Assembly (NCBI GenBank): GCA_043822925.1
Contig: JBDRBF010000026.1
Coordinates: 1 to 16,965 of the forward strand
DNA from: a bacterium
GTDB lineage: Bacteria; Babelota; Babeliae; Babelales; RVW-14
DNA length: 16,965 bases
Reading direction: 5' to 3'
The notes beneath the pieces are model-generated. The model saw only the letters and a list, made by a program, of their open reading frames with translations, was not told the origin of the DNA and searched no databases. The position numbers and the translations under genes are program-made. The stretch's first letter is position 1, and each line of letters opens with the position of its first letter. This document shows, in pieces, positions 1-8,422 of the stretch.

Positions 1-34
1 AAAAAAAGGCGCTCGCGAGAAATCGCGAGCGCCT
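1..34 (-). terminator. Rho-independent terminator of the 85..645 gene
   Basis: Perfect 12-bp stem aggcgctcgcga (7-18) / tcgcgagcgcct (23-34) with a 4-nt loop. The A-run at the window start reads as a U-tract on the minus strand, about 50 nt after the stop. Confidence 0.9.
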
Positions 35-84
35 CATCATGGTTTAACCAGATGTGTGTTTGTTTTAACAGAGCTTTTTGTTGC

Positions 85-645
85 TTATTTAGCTTGAGTT
101 TCTGCTGCTGGAGCTGTTTTTGTTTCTGTTTTGCCAGTAAATTGGTCGATAACAGCATCAATTATTGCGTTGTATAATGATTCATCTTCTCTGACAGCTT
201 TGTCGATGGCAAGTCCAGCAACGGCTGTAAGTACTGTTGCGACAATAGCAGTGATAGCTTTGTGATTTTTGATGTATTCTGTTGATGCGTTAAAGCCATC
301 TTTTGTTTTTTTGCCAGCTGTTTTTAATACGTCACCAGTTTTTGTTGCTGCTTTTTTGCTGAAATCACATGTGCTTGCTGTTGCTGAATCAACGAATTTT
401 TGGAATTTTTCGTTTTTCTTGTATGCAACGTATGCACCTGTTGCGGCACCACCAAGAGCAACGACGACTGTTGCTGCGACCAAAGAACGTACAAGTGTTT
501 TATGTTCAGCGACCCAGCTTTTTACTTCTGGTGTGATTTCTTGTTCGACTTGGTTGTTTAACGTTACGCTAAAATCTGAAGGAGCTGTTTGAACTGTTGC
601 GTTAGCTGCAATTGCTAAAAGAAGTATTAAACTAAGTTTTTTCAT
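85..645 (-). CDS. Hypothetical exported/membrane protein, 186 aa
   Basis: Sec-type signal (MKKLSLILLLAIAANA), two further hydrophobic segments each preceded by an HK motif (WVAEHK, YIKNHK), and an Ala/Thr/Lys-rich linker. RBS-like gagga upstream, terminator downstream. Confidence 0.85.
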   Translation of the reverse strand: MKKLSLILLLAIAANATVQTAPSDFSVTLNNQVEQEITPEVKSWVAEHKTLVRSLVAATVVVALGGAATGAYVAYKKNEKFQKFVDSATASTCDFSKKAATKTGDVLKTAGKKTKDGFNASTEYIKNHKAITAIVATVLTAVAGLAIDKAVREDESLYNAIIDAVIDQFTGKTETKTAPAAETQAK

Positions 646-1148
646 TATATGTTCCTCGCATTACATTGTGTAAAATTACTAAACAATCGTTCTGTACATG
701 TTGTTTTGTCTGCGTTGTTCTATTTGTTTGTCGTACGTGTGAGCCACATGCGTAACATGTGAATCATCGCGTAGCGTAAAGGCTTTTTCTGAATTCTTTT
801 GCACAAATTACATCACAACTTATTTTTCGCGCGTAAAACAGTGTGACTGTTTTGTGGTAAAGTGTTCAGAAAAGAGTGGTTCTTGTTTGTGTTGCTTGTT
901 TTTGTATTGTTATTGCAAAAATCAGATTGTACGTATCTTGTTGAAACTCCCTATCAAACACACCCCTATGTTTTCTAGAATAAACCCACCCCAAAGTATC
1001 CCCAAAATTTCATATGAAATTAAAATGAACAAAACAAATACTAGCATAACAAAAGCAAAAATCAAACTTTTTTGCGCATGAGTCAAATTTTAAGTCGTTT
1101 TTTTGCTAGGAGCCTGGACGTGATTTGGGATGATAATTTGGTTTGTCA

Positions 1149-3959
1149 TTACGAGCCTGAGCGGAGTTTCCAGATAATATCAAATGCTTGTTTTGGCGAT
1201 AAGTTATCGATATTTATGTCGTTTAAGATGCGTAACTTTTGTTCTTGTTCCAGTATCGTTCTTTTCAGCTGGTCTTTACTACGCTCTTCCCCCTTCGCCA
1301 AGGCTACGGAGGTCAGGTCGCCTATCGGCTCGTAGCTTTGGGGGACAGATCGAAGGGCAGGATTGGCTATAGTGGGCAGGCTGCTGGGCTGGTCATGTAG
1401 CACTTGCAAAATTTGGGCAGCCCTATTAATAATTGCATCGGGCAGTTGGGCCAGCTTGGCCACATCAAGCCCAAAGCTCCGGTGGGCCACTCCAGGGGCG
1501 ATCGTGTGTAAAAAGTGCAGGTTGACCCCAATTTTTTTGCAGAGCATGTGATAATTTTTTATAGTCGCAAAAGTTTGTTCTAGTTCTGTAAGCTCATGAT
1601 AATGCGTCGCAAAGAGCGTCTTGGCCTGAATAACGGTGACGAGATATTCAATAATTGCTTGGGCCAGTGCTATGCCGTCATGTGTGCTGGTTCCTCGGCC
1701 GACCTCGTCTAAAATAACCAAGCTGTGTTTGGTTGCCTGGGTACAGATCGTCGCCGTTTCTTCCATTTCGACCAAAAATGTACTTTTGCCTTCGGCTAAA
1801 TTATCTGCTGAGCCTATTCTTGTGAAAATACGGTCAAAAATAGGCACGTTTGCGCTGGTAGCAGGTACGAATGAGCCGCATTGGGCCAAGATCGAGATAA
1901 GAGCGACCTGGCGTAAATAAGTCGATTTGCCGCCCATATTGGGTCCGGTTATAAGCATGACTTCTTGGGTGTTATCTAAATTCGTATTATTACCAATAAA
2001 TTGGGTATTATTTGTTGTTTCTATGACGGGGTGCCTGCCAAGCTTAATATTTACGCTGCGTGTGCTATTAAATTGGGGGGCGCAATAATTATTATGATAG
2101 GCCGTGAGCGCAAAACTTAATAACGCGTCTAGATATGCAATAGATTGTGCGGTGTTTCGCAGGGGGGATAAATAACTTTCGACGTCGTCTTTGACCCGTG
2201 TGAAAACTTCGTTCTCGACAACGTCTATCTCGTTTTGGGCTTTAAAGATATCCCGTTCTAGATCTTTTAGTTCTTGGGTTACGTAACGTTTTCTGTTTGC
2301 TAACTTTTGTTGTTCTATATAGTCAGGTGGGACCTGGTCTAAGTTGGGGTTTGTGATCTCGATATAATAGCCTGAAACTCGATTGTAACTAATCTTAAGA
2401 CTATTTATATTTGTGCGAGCACGTTCTTTTTGTTCAAGTTTTAATAATTCTTGTTGGCTGTTTTCTACTAAGTTTCTTAGGTGATCTAATCGATGATCAA
2501 AGCCGTTTTTAATTATGTGCTCTTGGGAGCTATCGTCGTTTAGGCTTATCTCGAGTAATTTAATTAAGTCTGTGAAAATACCCATTTTTTCTTGTAGCGC
2601 TTGGGCCAGCTGCGTTTGGCATGTCGTGCGCAAAAGTTCTTTAATTTCTGGAATAATTATTAAAGATTGTTTGAGCGCTAAATAATCATGTATTTGTGCA
2701 CGTTTAAGTGCAATGCGCCCGATAATGCGCTCCAGATCTGCGATGCTTGATAAATAATTTTCGAGCTTTTGCGTGATATCTATATTTTTATGTAATTGTG
2801 AAACTGTATCTTGCCGGCGCATGATTGCTTGTTCTTGAATTAATGGCCTGAGTAACCATTTTTTGAGCATGCGTGAGCCCATTGCTGTCTTTGCTTTGTC
2901 TATTACAGCAAGTAACGTGTTTTTCCTGCCCGAATCTTGATTGTTCTTAATTATTTCTAAGTTTTTTTGTGTTGCGGGGTCTAAGATTAAATAATCTTCT
3001 GGCTGATAAAACTGTATCGTTTTAAATAGGGGCAGCGCTTTTTCCTGATTTTTTTTTAGATATGTATATAGCAGGTCAAGCGAGCGTGACATACTTGTAT
3101 TATTTTGCAGTATGCTTAATATGTTTGGCGAAAACTGGGCATCAAGCCAGGCTTTTGATATTGGTTGCCCGGCTGCATAGTCACCTGCTGACTGTATTAT
3201 GTTCTGGTTATTATCTGGGGTGTTGTTGTTATTAATAATCGTATTTGTATTGTAATTTGCTGCGTTTGTGTCAGCAAAACTTGTGCAGTAGCCCAGTTTT
3301 TTTAAGTACGTATTAATAGCTCTGGATCCTGAACCAAGTCCCGACTTCGCCAAGGCTTCGCCGGATACGTCAGGATGATAAGAAGAGCTTTTTTGTGTGT
3401 CGTTGCATGCGCTTGGCAGTACAATTTCGTCGGGAAAAAAACGGGCAAGTTCAGCTTCAAACATACGATAATCGCCCGCAGGAATATGGGTGGCAAAAAG
3501 TTGGGCTGTTAAGAGTTCAGTAAATACTAAGCCCCATTCTTGTTGTTCAGGATAAAACGAGAGTAAATATGATGCAGATTTGTCATCAAGCATCGTTGAA
3601 TCTATAAGAGTGCCAGGAGTAAATACGTGCGTGACGCCACGCTGCACTATAGTCCCTGGTTGTGGCTGCGTGAGTTGGTCACAGAGGGCGACTTTAAAGC
3701 CACCAGATATTAATTTTTTAAGATAGTGCTTTACGGCGTGTATGGGGATTCCACAGAGTGGCACATCTTGGCCATTATTTTTGCCACGGGACGTGAGTGC
3801 TATTGCTAAATATGCTGAAGCTGTTTTAGCGTCATCAAAAAAAAGTTCGTAAAAATCCCCGACCTGAAATAAGAGTAGCGTATCTTGGTATTGGTTTTTA
3901 ATATCAAAATACTGTTGCATTAATGGCGTGTTTTTTTCTATTATTTTTTCTGTGTTCAT
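1149..3959 (-). CDS. mutS: DNA mismatch repair protein MutS, with extra inserted segments
   Basis: Motifs TPLMQQY, GDFYELF (mismatch-binding F-x-E), Walker A TGPNMGGKST, DEVGRGTST, FATHY and C-terminal DNLSPKQA. Confidence 0.98.
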   Translation of the reverse strand: MNTEKIIEKNTPLMQQYFDIKNQYQDTLLLFQVGDFYELFFDDAKTASAYLAIALTSRGKNNGQDVPLCGIPIHAVKHYLKKLISGGFKVALCDQLTQPQPGTIVQRGVTHVFTPGTLIDSTMLDDKSASYLLSFYPEQQEWGLVFTELLTAQLFATHIPAGDYRMFEAELARFFPDEIVLPSACNDTQKSSSYHPDVSGEALAKSGLGSGSRAINTYLKKLGYCTSFADTNAANYNTNTIINNNNTPDNNQNIIQSAGDYAAGQPISKAWLDAQFSPNILSILQNNTSMSRSLDLLYTYLKKNQEKALPLFKTIQFYQPEDYLILDPATQKNLEIIKNNQDSGRKNTLLAVIDKAKTAMGSRMLKKWLLRPLIQEQAIMRRQDTVSQLHKNIDITQKLENYLSSIADLERIIGRIALKRAQIHDYLALKQSLIIIPEIKELLRTTCQTQLAQALQEKMGIFTDLIKLLEISLNDDSSQEHIIKNGFDHRLDHLRNLVENSQQELLKLEQKERARTNINSLKISYNRVSGYYIEITNPNLDQVPPDYIEQQKLANRKRYVTQELKDLERDIFKAQNEIDVVENEVFTRVKDDVESYLSPLRNTAQSIAYLDALLSFALTAYHNNYCAPQFNSTRSVNIKLGRHPVIETTNNTQFIGNNTNLDNTQEVMLITGPNMGGKSTYLRQVALISILAQCGSFVPATSANVPIFDRIFTRIGSADNLAEGKSTFLVEMEETATICTQATKHSLVILDEVGRGTSTHDGIALAQAIIEYLVTVIQAKTLFATHYHELTELEQTFATIKNYHMLCKKIGVNLHFLHTIAPGVAHRSFGLDVAKLAQLPDAIINRAAQILQVLHDQPSSLPTIANPALRSVPQSYEPIGDLTSVALAKGEERSKDQLKRTILEQEQKLRILNDINIDNLSPKQAFDIIWKLRSGS
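1289..1357. repeat. Short palindromic element (family B) plus a degenerate inverted partner, inside the mutS 3' end
   Basis: 1289-1312 on the minus strand reads CCTCC-GTA-GCC-TT-GGC-GAA-GGGGG, a hairpin with an internal loop. It shares cttcgccaaggct with 3345-3357. An inverted copy cgtagctttgg[9 nt]cgaaggg lies at 1331-1357. Confidence 0.75.
3323..3381. repeat. Family A palindromic element with a 30-nt family B element nested in its loop, inside mutS
   Basis: Removing 3340-3369 gives tggatcctgaaccaagttcaggatgataa, the same 29-nt length as and 25/29 identical to 11208-11236. Confidence 0.85.
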
Positions 3960-4058
3960 GTATAAGATATGCCTGTTTTTTTTGTGTTTTTGGCTTTTAA
4001 GTTCTTGCCCAAATAAGATATCATGTTTGGCGAAAATAAAAAATAATCTACGTGAGAA

Positions 4059-4085
4059 AGGCCCTGTGATTTTTTCACAGGGCCT
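4059..4085 (-). terminator. Probable terminator hairpin between the RBR-like gene and mutS
   Basis: 11-bp perfect stem aggccctgtga/tcacagggcct with a 5-nt loop, 36 nt after the stop at 4122. The U-tract is weak. Confidence 0.7.
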
Positions 4086-4121
4086 AATGTGTGAGTGTTT
4101 TTGTATGGGATGAACTTAGAA

Positions 4122-5924
4122 TTACCAGGTAGCGGGATACAGAAATTTAAAATATTTCCATTCTTCTTTATATGCTGGCGGGAATGATATGCTAGCATTG
4201 AATTCTTTATTTGTATCGCCAAGTAACGTTTGAAGCGTCTTGCGAGTTATATTTGTTGTTATTCTGAGCTCTGGAACATCAATAGTAAATTCTTCCCCTT
4301 CAAGTTCTCCACCGTAAAATTGCTTTATTTCCGATTCTACTTTTGCGTTATTGTCTAAAGTTTTTATTGCTTCGGCGAGCTTTTTTGTATATTCGTAGGT
4401 ATATTCTCCTGCGTTGATACCAGGCTTTGGGGCTATTATAATATCTTTATTGGTAACCCATTTTGCTTTCACTGAAAAATCTAATGCTGCTTCTCTGCCA
4501 AAGCGAATGGTAAAAATGGTAGGGCTATTAGGGGCGAGTTGGTTTTTTTTTGATGCATAAATATATCCGTTTCGGCAGGCCCATACATGATGGTAGTAGG
4601 CGCCACCTGTGCGCGTACTACCGCTGCCGCTGGGATTGGGAGTACGTATTTCGTCCGCTTCTCGACATCCACATCCAAAGCAGAATGAGCCATGTTTACA
4701 AGGGGAATTATGCATGATGAGGCAATTGTTGTTCTCATTGTGGTAATCTATGTTGCAATTAGGTTCAGGGCACCGTTGTGTCGTTAAAAAGGTAATTTGT
4801 TCGTCTTTTTCTATATCAGATAGTTTTGGTTTGTTATCTGTTTTATTGCATGCTCCTTGGTGCCAGGGTTCCTGGCAATCTGGACAATATTTTTTATGAC
4901 AGCTTGGGCATTCATATTTGGTGTTACGCGAGATTTCGTGAAAGCCCCGTCCGTTGCCCAAGCTGTAAAATTCTTTACAGTTTGGGGTTGGGCAGCGTCT
5001 AAAATTTTTGTCAGTACTTTTGGCTAAAAGCTTAAGTAAGTTTATTCGTTCTGTTTTTGTTTTGCTGCTATCATCAAGTTCATCAGTTACCACTTTGTTT
5101 AAGTCATCATCTGAAATTGGTTTTTTGCATTGGAGGCATTGTAATTCGTTACGATTTCTTTCTTTGAGAGTCCTTGAAACAGAAGGATCGTAGCAATAAA
5201 TACAAATTTGATTGTGTCCACATGATAGCGAGGGAAAGTCAGATTTAAGTGTTAAGTAGTAGCAGGATCCGCAGTTGTCTGTTTCTAGTTTGGGTAAAAG
5301 TTTAAGGGCGTCTATTCTTTCTTCTTTTGTTTTTTCTTTTCCTCCTTGTATTACTATTTCTTCTTTGCCTTGTCGCATTTGTATATTTGGGAGTCCTCCA
5401 ACAACCCCTTTAGTAATTATTTTCCCCCAATCGTCATCATCAATGAGTTTGTGGCATCCTGGGCATTTTAAGAGCCCTCGGTTAGTAGAATCAAGAGCCT
5501 TCCAAACAGGCCCTTCAACGCCGTTGTATTCATTAATGCAATAAAATTTTTTAGATTCAAGTGCATTGCAGCCACATGCTAATTCAGGAAACATATTTCC
5601 AGGTTTTTGTATCTTGCAAATCGCACAAGTTTTGGGCGCATTTTTCTTTCGTTCTTTTTCTTCCCGGGCTATTCTTTGTTCTTCTTGTTCGCGAGCTATT
5701 TTTTGTTCTTCTTGTTCGCGTTCTATTCTTTCTTCAGCAGTTTCTTTTGGTTTATTTAGATTGTCTTTGACTTCTGCCATCGTAATACTGAGCTCAATTA
5801 ATTTAGCTTTAAGTATGCCTAGGCTTTGCTTTATGTTGTCTATTTTTTTATCTAATGCTATTCCTGAAATGTTGTATACGTTAAAAATACAGATTAGTGT
5901 TAAAATATATAAAATTTTGCGCAT
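4122..5924 (-). CDS. Exported RBR (RING-IBR-RING) E3 ubiquitin ligase-like zinc-finger protein, 600 aa
   Basis: Signal-like N-terminus and coiled coil. Two tandem RING-like units (CAIC..CGC..CPGC; CGSC..CGH..CIYC..CLQC), an IBR-like unit (CPTPNC..CPSC..CPDC..WH..C) and a RING2-like unit (CPEPNC..NCLIMH..C..FCFGC..HHVWAC). Confidence 0.8.
   Translation of the reverse strand: MRKILYILTLICIFNVYNISGIALDKKIDNIKQSLGILKAKLIELSITMAEVKDNLNKPKETAEERIEREQEEQKIAREQEEQRIAREEKERKKNAPKTCAICKIQKPGNMFPELACGCNALESKKFYCINEYNGVEGPVWKALDSTNRGLLKCPGCHKLIDDDDWGKIITKGVVGGLPNIQMRQGKEEIVIQGGKEKTKEERIDALKLLPKLETDNCGSCYYLTLKSDFPSLSCGHNQICIYCYDPSVSRTLKERNRNELQCLQCKKPISDDDLNKVVTDELDDSSKTKTERINLLKLLAKSTDKNFRRCPTPNCKEFYSLGNGRGFHEISRNTKYECPSCHKKYCPDCQEPWHQGACNKTDNKPKLSDIEKDEQITFLTTQRCPEPNCNIDYHNENNNCLIMHNSPCKHGSFCFGCGCREADEIRTPNPSGSGSTRTGGAYYHHVWACRNGYIYASKKNQLAPNSPTIFTIRFGREAALDFSVKAKWVTNKDIIIAPKPGINAGEYTYEYTKKLAEAIKTLDNNAKVESEIKQFYGGELEGEEFTIDVPELRITTNITRKTLQTLLGDTNKEFNASISFPPAYKEEWKYFKFLYPATW
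5668..5730 (-). repeat. 27-bp coding tandem repeat, about 2.3 copies, encoding REQEEQ(K/R)IA
   Basis: gctattctttgttcttcttgttcgcga / gctattttttgttcttcttgttcgcgt / tctattctt. Confidence 0.9.
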
Positions 5925-6112
5925 AGCGGTTCTTTCTTTTTATTAATGTGAAATTGTATTAGTTTTTTTTGCCTGCATGATCATGTTATTGTTTTTTAAT
6001 GAAAGAATTCAATAATTTTTTAATAACAAAAGATTTTTGTGTGATTATAAAGCGCGTGATAAAATTGGCAGAATAAGAGAAATGTGAGCCAAAAAAGTAA
6101 AAAAGAAAGAGA

Positions 6113-6805
6113 GTGAAAACTATGGTGATTACGATTGATGGGCCAGCCGCTAGTGGCAAAAGTACGGTAGCGCAAATACTTGCGCGTGAACTGGGCAGTT
6201 ATTATTTAAATACGGGGTTATTGTACCGGGCGGTTGCGTATATTATAGCGCGTCGTCATGAAAATCCTGATGGGTCTGGGTGTGATTGTTGCATGGGTGA
6301 TATTAAAATAGAAGCACAAGATTTGGACTTTATTGGGCGCATTATGTATGAGTATCGTGATGGTAAGCCGTATGTAATGTACAAAAAAGAGGATATCACG
6401 CAGCATTTATATGATGCACAAATTGGAGATCTTGCGTCTGTTATTAGCGCGACAGCTTTAGTGCGTAACGCGCTTTTGCCGTTGCAGCGAGATATTGCAC
6501 AAAAATATGATATTGTTGCTGATGGCCGAGACTGTGGCACGGTTATATTTCCTGATGCCAGATTTAAATTTTATTTAACTGCTTCTTTGGATGTGCGCGC
6601 AAGCAGGTTGCTTGCAGGGGTGCGATATAATGGAGTGAATGCATCGCTTGACGATATTAAACAGGATTTGGAGATTCGTGATCACCGTGATACGCATCGT
6701 GAAGTTGCGCCGCTTAAAAAACCTGATAACGCAATTTTTGTTGATAATTCAGATATGACTATCGAAGAAACGGTCGCGTATTTTTTACGTATTATTCGTG
6801 AGTGA
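6113..6805 (+). CDS. cmk: Cytidylate kinase (start GTG 6113 or ATG 6122)
   Basis: Motifs ITIDGPAASGKST, NTGLLYRA, DGRDCGTVIFPDA, FYLTAS and RDHRDTHREVAPL. Confidence 0.96.
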   Translation: MKTMVITIDGPAASGKSTVAQILARELGSYYLNTGLLYRAVAYIIARRHENPDGSGCDCCMGDIKIEAQDLDFIGRIMYEYRDGKPYVMYKKEDITQHLYDAQIGDLASVISATALVRNALLPLQRDIAQKYDIVADGRDCGTVIFPDARFKFYLTASLDVRASRLLAGVRYNGVNASLDDIKQDLEIRDHRDTHREVAPLKKPDNAIFVDNSDMTIEETVAYFLRIIRE

Positions 6806-6969
6806 AATGCGTAGGTAAATTATCGGCTCTGAAAAAAATAAAATTTTTAAACGCTTGATTTTGATCTAACGAGATCCGTACGCTTACTGGTATATAAAAT
6901 AAAAGATCTTATGAGTGCGGCTCAGGGTGAGCGCGCGTGATCTTGTTTTTTTACCAGAAGGAGACGGTG

Positions 6970-8337
6970 ATGGTGTTTATGCGTAAAAAATATTTTTTTC
7001 TTCTATTTTTTGGACTACTTGCTTTTGGGCGGGTTTGGTGCACAGAAAACGTACTTCAAGATAAAGTTATAGCGAAAACAAAAGCAGCGTGGTCAGTACT
7101 TGTGTATATCGCCGCAGATAATAATCTTGCACCGTATGCATTATATAACATTAATGATATGTCTGCGGGTATGGTTTCGACAAATGGCTGTAACGTGTTA
7201 GTTCAATGGGATAAGCCGCGTGAAAATAAAACGTGGCGTTATCAAATAACTCCGGGTAGTAAAATTGATGCAGGATCTATATCTTCAGAAATGGGATATA
7301 ATACGGTAAATGAGTTGGTTGCATCTATGAAGTGGGTTGTTACGAATTATCCTGCAGACAAATATGCGCTTATTTTGTGGGATCATGGCAGTGGGATAGC
7401 AGATTTTATGCCGGGGTCAAGAGCGTTTACGCGGGGTATTTTATACGATGATTCACAGCGTACTTGCTTGACGAATCAAGGGCTAACGACGGCACTTGCG
7501 CAAATTAAGGCATTAATTGGGCATAATCTTGATATTCTTGCGACAGATGCGTGTTTAATGGCTATGGCTGAAGTTGCATATCAAGTGAAAGATTCGGTGG
7601 ATCTATTTATTGGTTCTCAGGAAACAATTCCAGGTAACGGGTATTCATATTCTAAGTTTATAAAACCGCTCTCAACTAATCCTGCTGGAACGACGCCATT
7701 ACAGCTTGCGCAATATATAATTAATGGGTATGCGAATTTTTATACTAATACTGAGCCAACGTCAGATTTTACGTTGTCGAGTATAGATGTGACAAAGATA
7801 AGTTCAGTTAAGACAAGCATTGATCTGTTTGTTGCTGCTGTAAATGCGTGTAGTAAGTTGGATGCAAAAGCAACTAAGAATATGATTGTTGCTGCGCGTA
7901 AAGCGACAATTTCTTTTGCTATGCCTGAATACGTAGATTTGTATTCGTTTTATGCAAATGTCTTAAAACAGTTAAAAACGAAGTCTCCAAAATCGGCGCT
8001 TATTTTAGATCAGTATAATAAATATTTGAGACCAAAACCAAAAAAACCAAAAAAGCCAGCGTCAAAGCCAAAGCCAAAGCCAAAACCAGCGCCAAAACCA
8101 ACAGTAACATCAGTTAAAGCATATAAAGCGGCGCTTGAAGATTTAAAGCTTGCGGCACAAAATGGAATAAACCAAGTCTTAAACGTTGTGGCGCAAAATT
8201 CGACCGGGCCTGTATATTCAGGGGTTGGTGGCGTTTCGATTTATTATCCAAGATTTGGATCTATTCATAGTTCTTATCCTAAAACATTGTTTGCTAAGAA
8301 CACAGCCTGGAGTAAGTTTATTTTGGCATATCGATAA
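6970..8337 (+). CDS. Exported clostripain-family (peptidase C11) cysteine protease
   Basis: Motifs LVYIAADNNL, catalytic His in WDHGSG, catalytic Cys in DACLM, GSQE and GVSIYYP, plus a signal peptide. An aaggag RBS at 6958-6963 favours ATG 6970 over the track's 6937. Confidence 0.92.
   Translation: MVFMRKKYFFLLFFGLLAFGRVWCTENVLQDKVIAKTKAAWSVLVYIAADNNLAPYALYNINDMSAGMVSTNGCNVLVQWDKPRENKTWRYQITPGSKIDAGSISSEMGYNTVNELVASMKWVVTNYPADKYALILWDHGSGIADFMPGSRAFTRGILYDDSQRTCLTNQGLTTALAQIKALIGHNLDILATDACLMAMAEVAYQVKDSVDLFIGSQETIPGNGYSYSKFIKPLSTNPAGTTPLQLAQYIINGYANFYTNTEPTSDFTLSSIDVTKISSVKTSIDLFVAAVNACSKLDAKATKNMIVAARKATISFAMPEYVDLYSFYANVLKQLKTKSPKSALILDQYNKYLRPKPKKPKKPASKPKPKPKPAPKPTVTSVKAYKAALEDLKLAAQNGINQVLNVVAQNSTGPVYSGVGGVSIYYPRFGSIHSSYPKTLFAKNTAWSKFILAYR
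8032..8100 (+). repeat. Lys/Pro low-complexity coding repeat in clostripain
   Basis: ccaaaa/aagcca units encoding PKPKKPKKPASKPKPKPKPAPKP. Confidence 0.85.
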
Positions 8338-8386
8338 AAACTAAGCACTAAAAAAGCTTAAAAAAGAGACGTAAAACTTATCGAAA

Positions 8387-8422
8387 ACAAAGAGGGGCTC
8401 GGCCAGCCGAGCCCCTCTTTGT
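8387..8422. terminator. Perfect inverted repeat, probable bidirectional terminator between clostripain and the phoH/HEPN transcription direction
   Basis: acaaagaggggctcggc / gccgagcccctctttgt is a 17-bp perfect inverted repeat with T-rich tails on both strands. Confidence 0.85.

Noticed and set aside
926-957. Sigma70 promoter TTGATA...TACAAT on the minus strand
   Set aside because: The spacer is 20 nt, too long to call.
854-1081. 75-aa Cys-rich ORF in the long intergenic region
   Set aside because: GTG start, no recognisable motif, and composition mirrors the local T/G then A/C bias.
5668-5730. CRISPR-like repeat
   Set aside because: A spacer-less, in-frame 27-bp tandem repeat encoding a coiled coil.
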